From Entomortierella parvispora E1425 (lineage: Eukaryota > Fungi > Mortierellomycota), in the NCBI GenBank assembly GCA_020891255.1, contig BQFW01000015.1, positions 2,418,001-2,482,000 of the forward strand: 64,000 bases of DNA, written 5' to 3'. The stretch's first letter is position 1. The number at the start of each line of letters is the position of its first letter. The notes under the pieces were generated by a model that was not told the origin of the DNA, did not search any database, and saw only the letters and a program-made list of their open reading frames with translations. Below, in pieces: positions 24,206 through 37,944 of this stretch. Position numbers and translations under genes: made by a program.

Positions 24206-25095
24206 ATGGCTTCCTCTGTCGATACCCACCCTGTCACCACAGACACCAGTACCGAGGAATCAAGAGCCAGAGCTTTAAAGGCAAAGGCTACCATCAACAA
24301 ACACGAGTCCATCCTCTTCAAGATCAAGCTGGAGGATGCCAACCACAAGAAGGTGCCCGTCTACGAGGTTGCCAACAAGATGATCGGCTTCTTTTGCAGT
24401 ATGGCTTTCTGGTTGACTAATGTAATGAAGCTTGGACGCCAGATCCGTTGATATTTCATGTCTGATCATTCTCAATCCGTTTCCATCGTAGGTGCTGGCC
24501 GTTACGCTGTCTGCCAAGAGTTGTCAGAGGTACGTCCTTCATTCCAGCAACCGCAGACAGGAAATACTCTTGATGTACAGTGGATCAATGGATTAATAGC
24601 TTATATTTGTATGCCTTGGAACGATAGGTCGTCGACAAATTCTTGGAGGCACATCCTGATTTTGCGCTGATCTACATTTCACTGGATCTCTCAGAGGCAG
24701 CTTACAACAAGACTTTGGAAGCTCATCCTCGCTGGTTGTCTATCCCCTACAATGAGCCTGTGAGGATGGACATATTGAATGAATGGCAAACCAAGGGCGT
24801 ACCCTGTCTGCACATCTACGATCCACTGGAACATACCATCGTGACCAGCTGGGGAGGATCCTGTCTTCGCTTCAATTTTAACAATTGTTTTCAGGAGTGG
24901 AAGAGAGGCGGTCAAGGTGTTTCTTTTTGGCAGATGCTCAAAGGATGGTGGTACTATAGTGCACCCATCGGTACTTTTAGAGACATGTCAGACGACGAAC
25001 TTGCTGCTCAGGGATTCCCTGGACGACTGGACGACTCCAGCAGCAGCGGTGGAAGTGGCAGCAAAGATCCACTGGAGACCAAGAAAGACAAGTAG
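24206..25095 (+). CDS. Nucleoredoxin/tryparedoxin-like thioredoxin-fold protein with degenerate active site
   Basis: Exons 24206-24398, 24492-24529 and 24628-25095 splice in frame to IGFFCSAGRYAVCQELSEVVDKF...LIYISLD...WLSIPY...GVPCLHIYD. Confidence 0.75.
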
Positions 25096-25861
25096 ACGAG
25101 CGAGTAATCTAAAGTATCCACAATGTACACGTACAAATATAAACAATATCGACCGGCACATGACAAGACCAGGTTCGGAGAGAAAGGACTGGACAAGTGG
25201 AGCGGGTGGAGGTGATGTCGTTCCATAGGTGAAGAAGTGAAGCCGTGAAATCCGACCAGAGGGCAAAGCACTTGCTTTTCCTCGGACAAAAACGTCCCAA
25301 ACGTCCTTACAAGGCCGCACGTGATTCTCACGCACGGCTGTTTTCTCGTCCGCTGAAGTCCACCCAGGCTTTCGTCTTCTTTGCTTCTTTGTTTCTGTCG
25401 ATCGTTCTTCTTTCATTCCCTCACCTCCTCCTTCTCTCCTTCTCTCCTCATCGTTCCTTTTTTCTTGCCTTGTCGTGCTTGTCTTGAAGTCAGGATCCCC
25501 CTCCCCCCCATAGAGTCTCGATTTGAATCAGGTACGTGCTTCGGTGCTCTCGGCCTCATGCTCCCTGGCTCAAGCGCAACCACGGGGACCTGCAGCAAAG
25601 CAACCAGGACCCGCGTCTTTATGGTCAGGGGACCCCATGACTCGCGTCTCTCAATCTCTTCCCGCGGGAACACTCAGGGGATGGAACATCCTGCCCCATC
25701 TGAGCATCTGGCTTCATCAGCTGATTGACCTGGATTCATTTCTTCCTTGACCCTTTCTCGATTTCTAGCACGCGAAAACTCCACAGACCAATTCACGGAA
25801 CAGTCTAGTCAACCCTCAGCACCATTCTTTTTTCTTCTCCAGTCAGGAACATTACAGCATC

Positions 25862-28393
<2,532 letters not shown>

Positions 28394-29010
28394 AACAGCA
28401 CTCTTTTGACGAAAACTGCGTCTTTTAAAGCAGTGGTTAGGAGGGCAAATGACGCGGAGCAGATCATCCAATTTCTTTTAAAGCGGGGAGCCAGGGAGTC
28501 GACCTAAATAAATCATGACTCCAGTTCACTCTGATCTCACGACCGCTCATGTCTTCGCCGTGTGTTGCTCCAAAAGGCTCTCCCAAGTAAGGGGTTTACT
28601 CGTCATGAAGCGTCCTCGGGTGGGCGTCGCCCAGGAGAGATAATCTTCGAAAGAAAGTCAGCCAATAGATCCCCGACTGACTAAATTCCCAGGGCGCCTT
28701 CTTGCTGCTCGGTGTCTCGACGAAGACGTACTTCTCGCGCGATGATTCTCAAATAGGAAGACATCCTGTCCCCTCCTCTGGGAGATTGAATTTTCATCCC
28801 ACGGTCTCGTCTTCGATCGAAGGAGAGCGTGGGGTAAAAAGTCCGTGACTGTTGGGTTTACTTCAACATGACGAGAGGGAAGGGTCCATTGTTCCTTTCT
28901 TTCTCTGTCTCTTCTTTCTTTATTACACTCACGACATCACGCCTTGTACTCTTTGCCTCGCTGACTCTCTTTCATTCTCATCCTCCTCATCACACCCCAT
29001 TCACGCTCCA

Positions 29011-32000
29011 ATGACCATCAATTCAAGCAGTCCTCCAGGCATCCGTGTCTGCATCGACCGTGGCGGTACCTTCACAGACTGCGTTGCCTCCATTCCAGTT
29101 CCGGTCTCGGAGGAGCACCCCTCAGGACGCAAGGAGTTGGTCGTAAAGCTACTCTCGGTCGATCCCAGCAACTACCCCGACGCGCCCCGTGAGGGTATCC
29201 GCCGCATTCTTGAGATCGCCACCGGCAAGCCCCATCCACGCGACCAGCTTGTCGCGACCGAAAATCTCGGTAGGACACTCGAGTCTTCTATCCTTTGGAG
29301 CTGAGGCCGCAGAAGAGACGGAAGATGGTCGTGGCAAGGAATATGCGTGGCAACTCACCAAGTGCATATCAACTCTGATTTTATTTTTTTCCGATAGAAT
29401 CCATCCGTATGGGAACCACGGTTGCCACGAATGCACTGTTGGAACGAAAGGGAGAACGCTGCGCACTCTTGATTACTAAGGGATTCAAGGTACGTGTTCT
29501 AGAGCTGTCTTTCGGCCCTGGGCGATGTTTTTTGCATGCATGAATCGACAAAAGCGACGTGTCAGACTCGTGGTGTTGCTATGGTAACAGAGCTCGCATT
29601 AACAGCACCGCCTCGTTGTTTTCTCATGTTTAGGATCTCCTTCTGATCGGTACGACAACAAACCGGAACGATGTCCGCATTGACCATCTCTCAACGAGAC
29701 GGGCGTAGATACTGAATCCCCGCCTTTTTTTTCTCTTCTCATGCTCCATCCAGGCAACCAATCGCGCCCAAAGATCTTTGATCTGTCCATTACCAAGCCC
29801 GATGTCCTTTACCAAGCTGTGGTGGAAGTAGAAGAAAGGTACGTATTCGACCCGGGAATGGACACATGGTTGACAGGAATCGTGTAGACCTTTCAATGAT
29901 CTAACTTGAGAAATGGATGGGTTTATGCGTTGGAATAGAGTCACATTGGTCGGATACACGTCGAGTCCGATGGGCGTTGTGGACAACATCGATCCGAACG
30001 ACCCTACTTTCGTCAAGGGAATATCAGGAGAATATGTCCATGTCTTGCAAAAGCCAGGTAACATTGACTTTTCGTGTCTCCATCTTTCGATGTCAGGATC
30101 GTTTGTGAGAAAACCACTGTATTAACACTCCTCTTCTTGATATAGACTTGGTCAAGATCAAGGAACAGTTGCTGGAACTTTACGGACAGGGATTCAGGAG
30201 TATTGCTGTGTGTCTTCTTCATTCATACACATTCGTGGAGCACGAGCAAGCAGTAGGCGCCTTGGCTCAGGAGATTGGCTTTACGCATATTTCATTATCA
30301 TCTGCTATCATGCCCATGATCAAGATGGTTCCTCGCGGTACCTCAGCTACTGCAGATGCCTATCTTACACCTTGCATCCAGACGTACGTCGATGGATTCG
30401 TCAGCGGTTTCGACGCCAACCTGACCAAGAATGTGTCACTACAGTTTATGCAGAGTGATGGTGGGCTGGTCCCTGTAGGCCATTTCTCAGGTCTGCGTGC
30501 TATTCTTTCGGGACCCGCAGGCGGAGTGGTCGGCTACGGCATGACTGCATTCGATCCAAAAGATGGCGTTCCAGTCATTGGATTTGATATGGGAGGCACC
30601 AGTACAGATGTCTCGCGTTTTAATGGCAAGTACGAGCATGTCTTCGAGACGACGACTGCAGGTGTGACCGTTCAGGCACCTCAATTGGATATCAACACTG
30701 TTGCGGCCGGCGGTGGGTCCATGCTTTTCTTCCGCAACGGAACATTCGTAGTTGGACCCGAGAGTGCCTCTGCCCATCCTGGCCCCGCCTGTTACCGCAA
30801 GGGAGGACCCTTGACTGTCACAGATGCCAACCTGGTTTTGGGTCGCCTGAACCCAGAGTACTTTCCCAAGATTTTTGGACCCAAGGAGAACGAGAGCTTG
30901 GACATCAACATTGCCCATAGAAAGTTTGAGGAGTTGACTGCAGAGATCAATGCATACATGTCCAAGGACAAAGCAGCGGAAGGGTCACAGTGGACAGACA
31001 TGACGGTGGATGAAGTTGCCTTTGGGTAGGTCCTCTCTGCTTACCCATCTTGAAGAGCTTGTATCAATTATTATTGAATATTCTCTAATATTCTCTCGCT
31101 TAATTTACAACAGCTTCATCAAGGTCGCGAACGAATCTATGTGCCGCCCTATCCGTGCTTTGACTGAGGCCAAGGGTCACGATGCCTCTAAGCATATCCT
31201 TTCCGTGTTTGGTGGAGCTGGAGGTCAGCACGCCTGCGCCATTGCTCAGGCTCTTGGAATCTCCAGCATCTTTATCCACAAGTACGCGTCTGTCCTCTCA
31301 GCCTATGGTCTTTCCTTGGCTGATGTCGTATACGAGGCGCAGGAACCCAGCTCGGAGATCTTATCTGAAAAGTCAATGCCTGCTCTGAAGGAGAGAATCC
31401 AGGCTCTTGTTGATCAATGCCACCAGGAGCTCGGAAAGCAAGGTTTCGAGAAGGACCTTATTGATTGCGAGATCTACCTCAACTTGAGATATAACGGTAC
31501 CGATTGTGCTTTGATGACGCTCAAGCCCGAGGAAGCCGACGGCTGGGACTTTGCATCTGCGTTTGTCAAGAACTACAAGTATGAATTCGGATTCTCGTTG
31601 CCTGATCGGGACATCATCGTGGACGATGTGCGGGTCCGTGGCATTGGCAAGTCCGGTCAGGGTTCCAACCTTTCGGTCCATGAGGAAATGAAGACTTTGA
31701 ACCCTCTTCCCGTGGACCCCTCAAAGGCGGAGGGAATGACCACCATTTACTTTGAGACGGGCCGTAACGATCAGACACCAACCTACTTGCTAGAGAAATT
31801 GGCTGTGGGAACCACCGTCCCAGGTCCAGCCATTATCATGGACGCCAATTCTGCCATCTTGATTCAGCCATCCTGCACTGGCCTCGTTACCTCCAGCACA
31901 GTCGTGATCACCATTGGAGATGGCCACAAGTCCCAAGTGACCACTGAGATGGATCCCATCATGCTTGCCGTCTTTGGAAACCGCTTCATGTCTATTGCTG

Positions 32001-33801
32001 AACAAATGGGCCGTACCTTGCAGAAGACTGCCATCAGCACTAACATCAAGGAACGCCTGGACTTTTCCTGCGCATTGTTTGGACCTGATGGTGGGTTAGT
32101 GGCCAATGCTCCTCATATCCCTGTGCATCTGGGATCTCTCTCACATGCCGTCAAATACCAAATGGAGTACTACAAGGGTGATATCACTGAGGGAGATGTG
32201 ATCATGACCAACCATCCTGCTGCCGGCGGAAGCCATTTGCCAGATATTACCATCATTACCCCTGTCTTTAACCAGGGCGAGATCGTCTTCTTTGTGGCGT
32301 CGCGTGGCCATCATGCCGATATCGGAGGTATTCTCCCTGGTTCCATGCCTCCCAACTCCAAAGAGCTGTACCAAGAGGGTGCTGCCATCCGGTCCTTCAA
32401 GCTGGTCTCTAAAGGCCATTTTGATCTGGAGGGTCTTACAAAGCTGTTGGTTGATGAACCTGCCAAGTACCCTGGATGCAGTGGTACCCGCTGCTTGCGT
32501 GATAACGTCTCTGATCTGAAGGCTCAAGTTGCGGCGAACCATAAGGGTATTGGCTTGGTCAAGGGTCTGATTGGCGAGTACGGACTAGAGGTCGTCCAGG
32601 CTTACATGATGCACATTAGAAAGAATGCCGAGATGGCTGTTCGTGACCTACTCAAGGGAGCTCTGCGTCGGTCCGAGGGCAAGCATCTCGTGGCAACCGA
32701 TTTCATGGATGACGGTAGTCGTATCAGTCTCCTTGTCGAAATCAACCCTGAGGATGGATCGGCCGTTTTTGATTTTGAAGGCACAAGTGAGGAAGTGTAT
32801 GGCAACTGCAACGCGCCAACATCAGTTACTCATTCGGCTATCATTTACTGCCTGCGTTGTATGGTTGCCATGGACATTCCTCTGAACCAGGGCTGCTTGA
32901 GTCCTGTGACAATCCGTATCCCCGAGAAGTCTATGTTGGCTCCTTCAGAGACGGCCGCGGTGGTTGGTGGAAATGTATTGGTGTCGCAGCGACTTGTGGA
33001 CGTGATCCTGAAGGCCTTCCAGGTTTGTGGCGCATCCCAGGGCTGTATGAACAACTTGACCTTTGGCGTTGGTGGAAAGACGTTGGATGAGTCAACTGGC
33101 GATGCCAAAGTTGTCGAAGGTTGGGGCTACTATGAAACCATTGCAGGAGGTGCTGGTGCTGGCCCAACATGGAACGGACAGAGTGGTGTTCACACTGTAA
33201 GTTCTCTTACTATTTGCTGATATGAAGTCTTTGCAGCAATGACTAATCCTCTCGACCATCATTCTTCAAACATTAGCACATGACCAACACGAGAATTACC
33301 GACCCCGAGATCCTTGAGCGCCGTTACCCTGTCATCTTGCGTGAGTTTGCGCTCCGCACTGGATCTGGTGGCAAGGGACTCCACCCAGGAGGAGAGGGTC
33401 TGATCCGTGACATTGAGTTCTTAGAGCCCATGGAGGTTTCTATTCTGAGTGAGCGTCGTGTCTTCCAGCCCTACGGTATTGCAGGTGGAGGACCAGGCGC
33501 GTCTGGAAAGAACCTTTGGGTCCAAAAGAGATTGATCCGCAAGAAGGACGGACTGTTGGTCGCTGTCGGAACCGAGGAAGAGGAAGAGACAGAGGTTGTG
33601 TTCAGAACCGTGAACCTGTCTGGTAAAAATACGGCTCACGTCCGCGCAGGCGACAGATTGATGATCTGCACTCCTGGTGGAGGGGCTTGGGGATCTGAGG
33701 ATAATAAGACGGAAGAAGTATCAGCATTGCCTCCTTCATCGGTCGTGCATTCCCGAGGCAGTGTGAATGACTACCAGTCCCTCCAGGAGGCCAGCGTGTA
33801 A
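29011..33801 (+). CDS. OXP1: ATP-dependent 5-oxoprolinase (hydantoinase A+B fusion, multi-exon)
   Basis: [79 protein letters not shown]. Confidence 0.97.
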
Positions 33802-33985
33802 AAAAAAAAAAAAAAAAAAAGAAAAGATGAATAAATTGGTGGCAAATCAGCAAAAGTCACGTGTAATATGCTCACCTTCGCTTCATCTGAATCGCGTTGC
33901 ATCAAATGCTTGCATTCATCCCGTTCCATCACCTTTTTTCTTTCCCTCCCTCAACTCCACATCGACAACACAACCCGGGAATAAA

Positions 33986-35208
33986 ATGGGCGCATGGACT
34001 GTTCTTCAGGAGAGGTAATGATTCAGGATGTGGCTACGAACTGGAGGATACTCTTGCGCTCAACCGCTCATCTGGAAAGTCGAAAGGAGACAAATGGGAC
34101 CTAACCCCGCCTTTCTCTCTTTTTTTGTGATGATGATGACGATTTCTATGGCAACTCTGCATTGCTTCGCAATCCTCCCTTCAGGCAAGCAATGCTTCTC
34201 GACCCAGGTAGGACAGAGCTTTGTTTTTGGACTGGAGGCCGGCTGTCAGTTCGAGTTGCTCTTCACTTTCCCACAATGGATATCTAACTGTAGCCCTCTT
34301 TTTTTCTACTTGACCTGGTTGACTACTCGTAGCTATCAGAGATTGGGTTCTGATCCCAATTATGATTGTCATGGTTCTCGTCGGTATTGTCCGTCATCAG
34401 GTCACCGTTCTTTTGAACGGTACTCCCAAGAAGGCCGATCTCAAATCTGCCCGTGAAACGTACGTTGTGTGCTCGCTGTAGTACCTTAACTCGACCGCAG
34501 ACCTCCATGTGCACTGATGTTGTTTCTATGTGAGGAGGCCGTTATACTAACATGAACTGGACTATGTTTTTGTTATGATTCTCGACGACGATGTTATACA
34601 GTAAGGCGCTTCAGAGAGGAGGCATCTTGCGCGCGCATGGAACCCATTTGCCCGAGCACGCGTTCGAGGCCCGAAAGACTTTTTTGAGCGATGCTTTCGA
34701 GAAGGGTACTTATGAGAAGGACCCCAACGCTAGCAGTAAACCCAAAGGCAACGTTATGCAGGATCCCGCCTATGTCGAGACCATGATGGACGGCATGAAG
34801 AAGAACATGATGAACATTATCCCCCAGACCGTGATCATGGCCTGGATCAACTTTTTCTTTTCGGGATTCGTCTTGAGTAGGTTTTTTTCTCTGGATTATT
34901 TTGGGCTTTTTATACTGGAACTCTGACTGAAAGATGGCCATTGTTTTGACTCCCGACCTTTTTGTTCTATTGTAGTCAAGCTGCCTTTCCCCTTGACGAT
35001 CCGCTTCAAGAGCATGTTGCAGCGTGGAATTGAGACCAGCGATATGGACGTTTCCTGGGTTTCGTCCTTGTCGTGGTACTTTTTGAACTTGTTTGGTCTT
35101 CAGAGTGTCTTTACTCTGATCTTGGGCAGTGGTCATGGTATGTTCATCGTTTTGGATCATCCGTGCCTTTTCGGGCGAGAGTATTTGAGCTGACCATTTT
35201 TCCTCTAA

Positions 35209-35244
<36 letters not shown>

Positions 35245-35605
35245 TGCTGATGCCATGCGTGATATGCAGGCCATGTCGACCATGGGAATGGGCGCTGCTG
35301 CGGGTCCTCAGATGGGCCCTACTGGACAGCCCGCCGACATGCACAAGATCTTCTTGAGCGAGAAGGAGAACTTGGACTTGACAGAACACGAGTGGGGTTT
35401 GGAGAACGTTGAGATGCGTGTGTTAGTCAAGTATGGAAAGCTTCCTCGCTCCGTTTTGGTCGATTACAAGAAGGCAAAGTCTTTGGGAAGCGCCTCTAGC
35501 CAATCTGCATCATCCCCTTCATCGGCCTCAGCGCAGATTGCCGCTGCTGCCTCGTCTTCACCTGCCGTCACTGCCGGAAAGAAGAAGGGCAGGAGACAGG
35601 TTTAG
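33986..35605 (+). CDS. EMC3: ER membrane protein complex subunit 3
   Basis: MLLDP|[71 protein letters not shown]. The start is either ATG 33986 via intron 34015-34184 or ATG 34192. Confidence 0.93.
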
Positions 35606-36119
35606 GCGAGTCTTGGAATTGGTGTTGGGCGACAATGGAGGCGTTTAAAGAAATGCAGGAACGCGCGACAGCGAGATTGGATAGTCAGGAGAACAAGACA
35701 AACTCGCTATATAGAAAAATACGATATCCAACAATAACAAATGTATTCAAAAAAAACCCCCCATCGCCTCTTTGTCACCCACACGATGGGACCTGAGCTT
35801 TGATATGATATAGGCGAGTCCTTGCTCCTAGAACTCTGCCGGTCTTGTAACAACAACCGAGCTCTGAAAGAGACCCGGGGCGAGATGACAGACCACTTTT
35901 TTTTTCCTTTTTCTTCAAAATACCAGAAGAAGGACACGTGTGGAACAAGAAGAGCGATTTAAAGTCCCCCCTCGACTTCCTTGACACTGGCCAGAGAAAA
36001 AGCTTTGCATTACGGTTGTTGGATATCAGGATAAGTTTGCTTTATAGGTGTTTGATGTGATACTCCCAAGGCTACGGAGGGGAGGGGTACAGTCTTTTGT
36101 AAATTGAGATCTTGATATT

Positions 36120-37595
36120 CTAGGAGCCCCAGAAAGGATGGACACCAGGGACTTTGGGCCCAATCGGATGAACCAGAGGGCGGTGTGTGCTGTTTTGAAC
36201 AGCTGACAGTGAATTGTGGTACAAGAGCATTGTGCAGAAAGCAATGGATCGGCCTTGTGGTTCAGGATTGGATGTTTTTTTTTTTTTTTTTTTCATGGCA
36301 GTTTGGATATCATCATACACAACAACCCAAAAAATACGCCCAGTCTTGAACTTGATGTCTGTTTACTTGCAAATTGATCTGCTTTATGGATATCCGATGA
36401 AAATCTCGAAGACTACAGGGGCTGGGAGTATGGCGGTCCTCGTAAAACGGATATCTTGATTCTTGAAACAAATCCTTGGACCTCAAAAGGGAATCAGCAG
36501 GACTTGGGTCCAATTGGACGGTGAACCAGTTGGATGGCTACAGTGAATGTTGAAGAGAATGTAAGTAAAGGAACTCAAACCCACAAATCTGATCCCTTGA
36601 CTTCAATTGAAGCGCTTATCAGCAATGACTTACAAGCTACAAAAATATACGAGAAAACATGCCAAGATGCAGTGAGTGGACCAAAACCACTTTCTTTCAC
36701 ATTTGCAAAACACCTTCTGAAGAACACGCCATTGTCGGTACTTGGTGCTTTACCTATTAACTGAGTGACAGGCAAGCACGTTAATTTTAAATCTCACGAT
36801 TTGCCTCGGCTTTTTTTCCTTGAGCTCAAACACCGAAATGAAACTCACAGCCTGAAAGAGTGATGGAAGCACATCAAGAAAGAAGCAGGCACCTGTATTA
36901 GTGTCACGTTGACCATTGTCTGCCACGTCTTTTGTTTGTGAACATAATCAATCATCCTCGACTTACAGATCCTCGACCTACACACTGGAGGAGTGAAACC
37001 AAAAAAAAAAAAAAAAAAAAAAAAAGAGCGACCATGTCAGTTTCGTATCTGGAATCAATCTTGCTCCTGGTCACAGATGGCAACTTACGCGGCAATTCTG
37101 CAATACATAGGTATGATAAAAGAGTAATGAGTAACCTTGTTAGATGCAAATTCCGAGACTGATGCATCATTATCATTATCATTATCATTGAAAACGAGCT
37201 GCAAATTCGACTATGAACTGGTTGCACAACAATACGGAATACCAGACAAGAGACCTCATGTTATAGCTCTTTCACATTGAGATCAACCATGCAAATATTC
37301 AGCTTGTCTCTTATTCATCGAAGAGTGCTAGTTTTGGATTCAACTTACCCGCTGAACGGGCAGAACAGAATTTCCAACCGTACCTCTTTCTTCGAGGACA
37401 AAGGTCAACCATGAACTTACTCGCCGCTAATAGAGTAGATCGGGAATACCAAATGGAGAAGGGTTGTTGGGTGAAGGTAAGTTTCGGGCCTCTGGTTAGT
37501 GGGTAGATTCTTCATTCTACGATATTTGCTTACACTGGCGCAGCAATGACGACGCAGACCAAGGCAACAAGGACAAGCAGATATAGGATCTTCAT
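36120..37595 (-). CDS. Putative micro-exon gene encoding a small secreted peptide (not in the ORF track)
   Basis: Signal exon 37534-37595 (MKILYLLVLVALVCVVIAAP). Then YAG|exon|GTRAGT micro-exons at 37421-37426, 37349-37351, 37089-37097, 36982-36984 (donor GTAGGT; or 36967-36984), 36849-36851, 36754-36760 (donor GTAAAG) and 36634-36636. Candidate terminal exons start at 36537 and at 36189/36202. Confidence 0.65.
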
Positions 37596-37944
37596 TATAC
37601 GGTGTAGAGGCTGTGAGTGGGGTGAAGTGGTGAAAGTGGTGGAGGCTAGAAAAGAAAGAAAAGAAAACCAAAGAGAGCCTTGCAACAGAGGCGGGTGCAT
37701 CTTTTCGTAGAGGATCTGGGTAGAAAGCAGTCCAGTAAGAGCATCATGGGAGAGAGGCATCCCAGTGCCGACACACGAAGGCGTTTGCTGTGAGGGTAAA
37801 AAGGGCCGCGGTGGTGATGGAGAAGCATGGAAGGGTCCCTGCAACAATGACCCGCTGGCTGGAGATTGACAATGAACCATTTTTTTTTGAGATTGTGGGT
37901 TTTTATTGTAATTGTTGATATTGTTGTCTGGTTCCAAGATTTAT

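Noticed and set aside
33799-33820. Poly(A) after the OXP1 stop as a sign of retroposition
   Set aside because: The gene retains many introns, and similar A-tracts are common throughout the window.
36340-36764. Plus-strand protein-like fragments (DENLEDYRGWEYGG..., ORF 36534-36764)
   Set aside because: Short and stop-interrupted. The splice signals and signal exon are on the minus strand.
37098-37348. An additional micro-exon within the 251-nt third intron of the micro-exon gene; also an (ATCATT)4 repeat
   Set aside because: Acceptor-like AGs exist but only weak donors follow (GTCGAA, GTTTTC), so no exon is called. It remains possible and would change the downstream frame.
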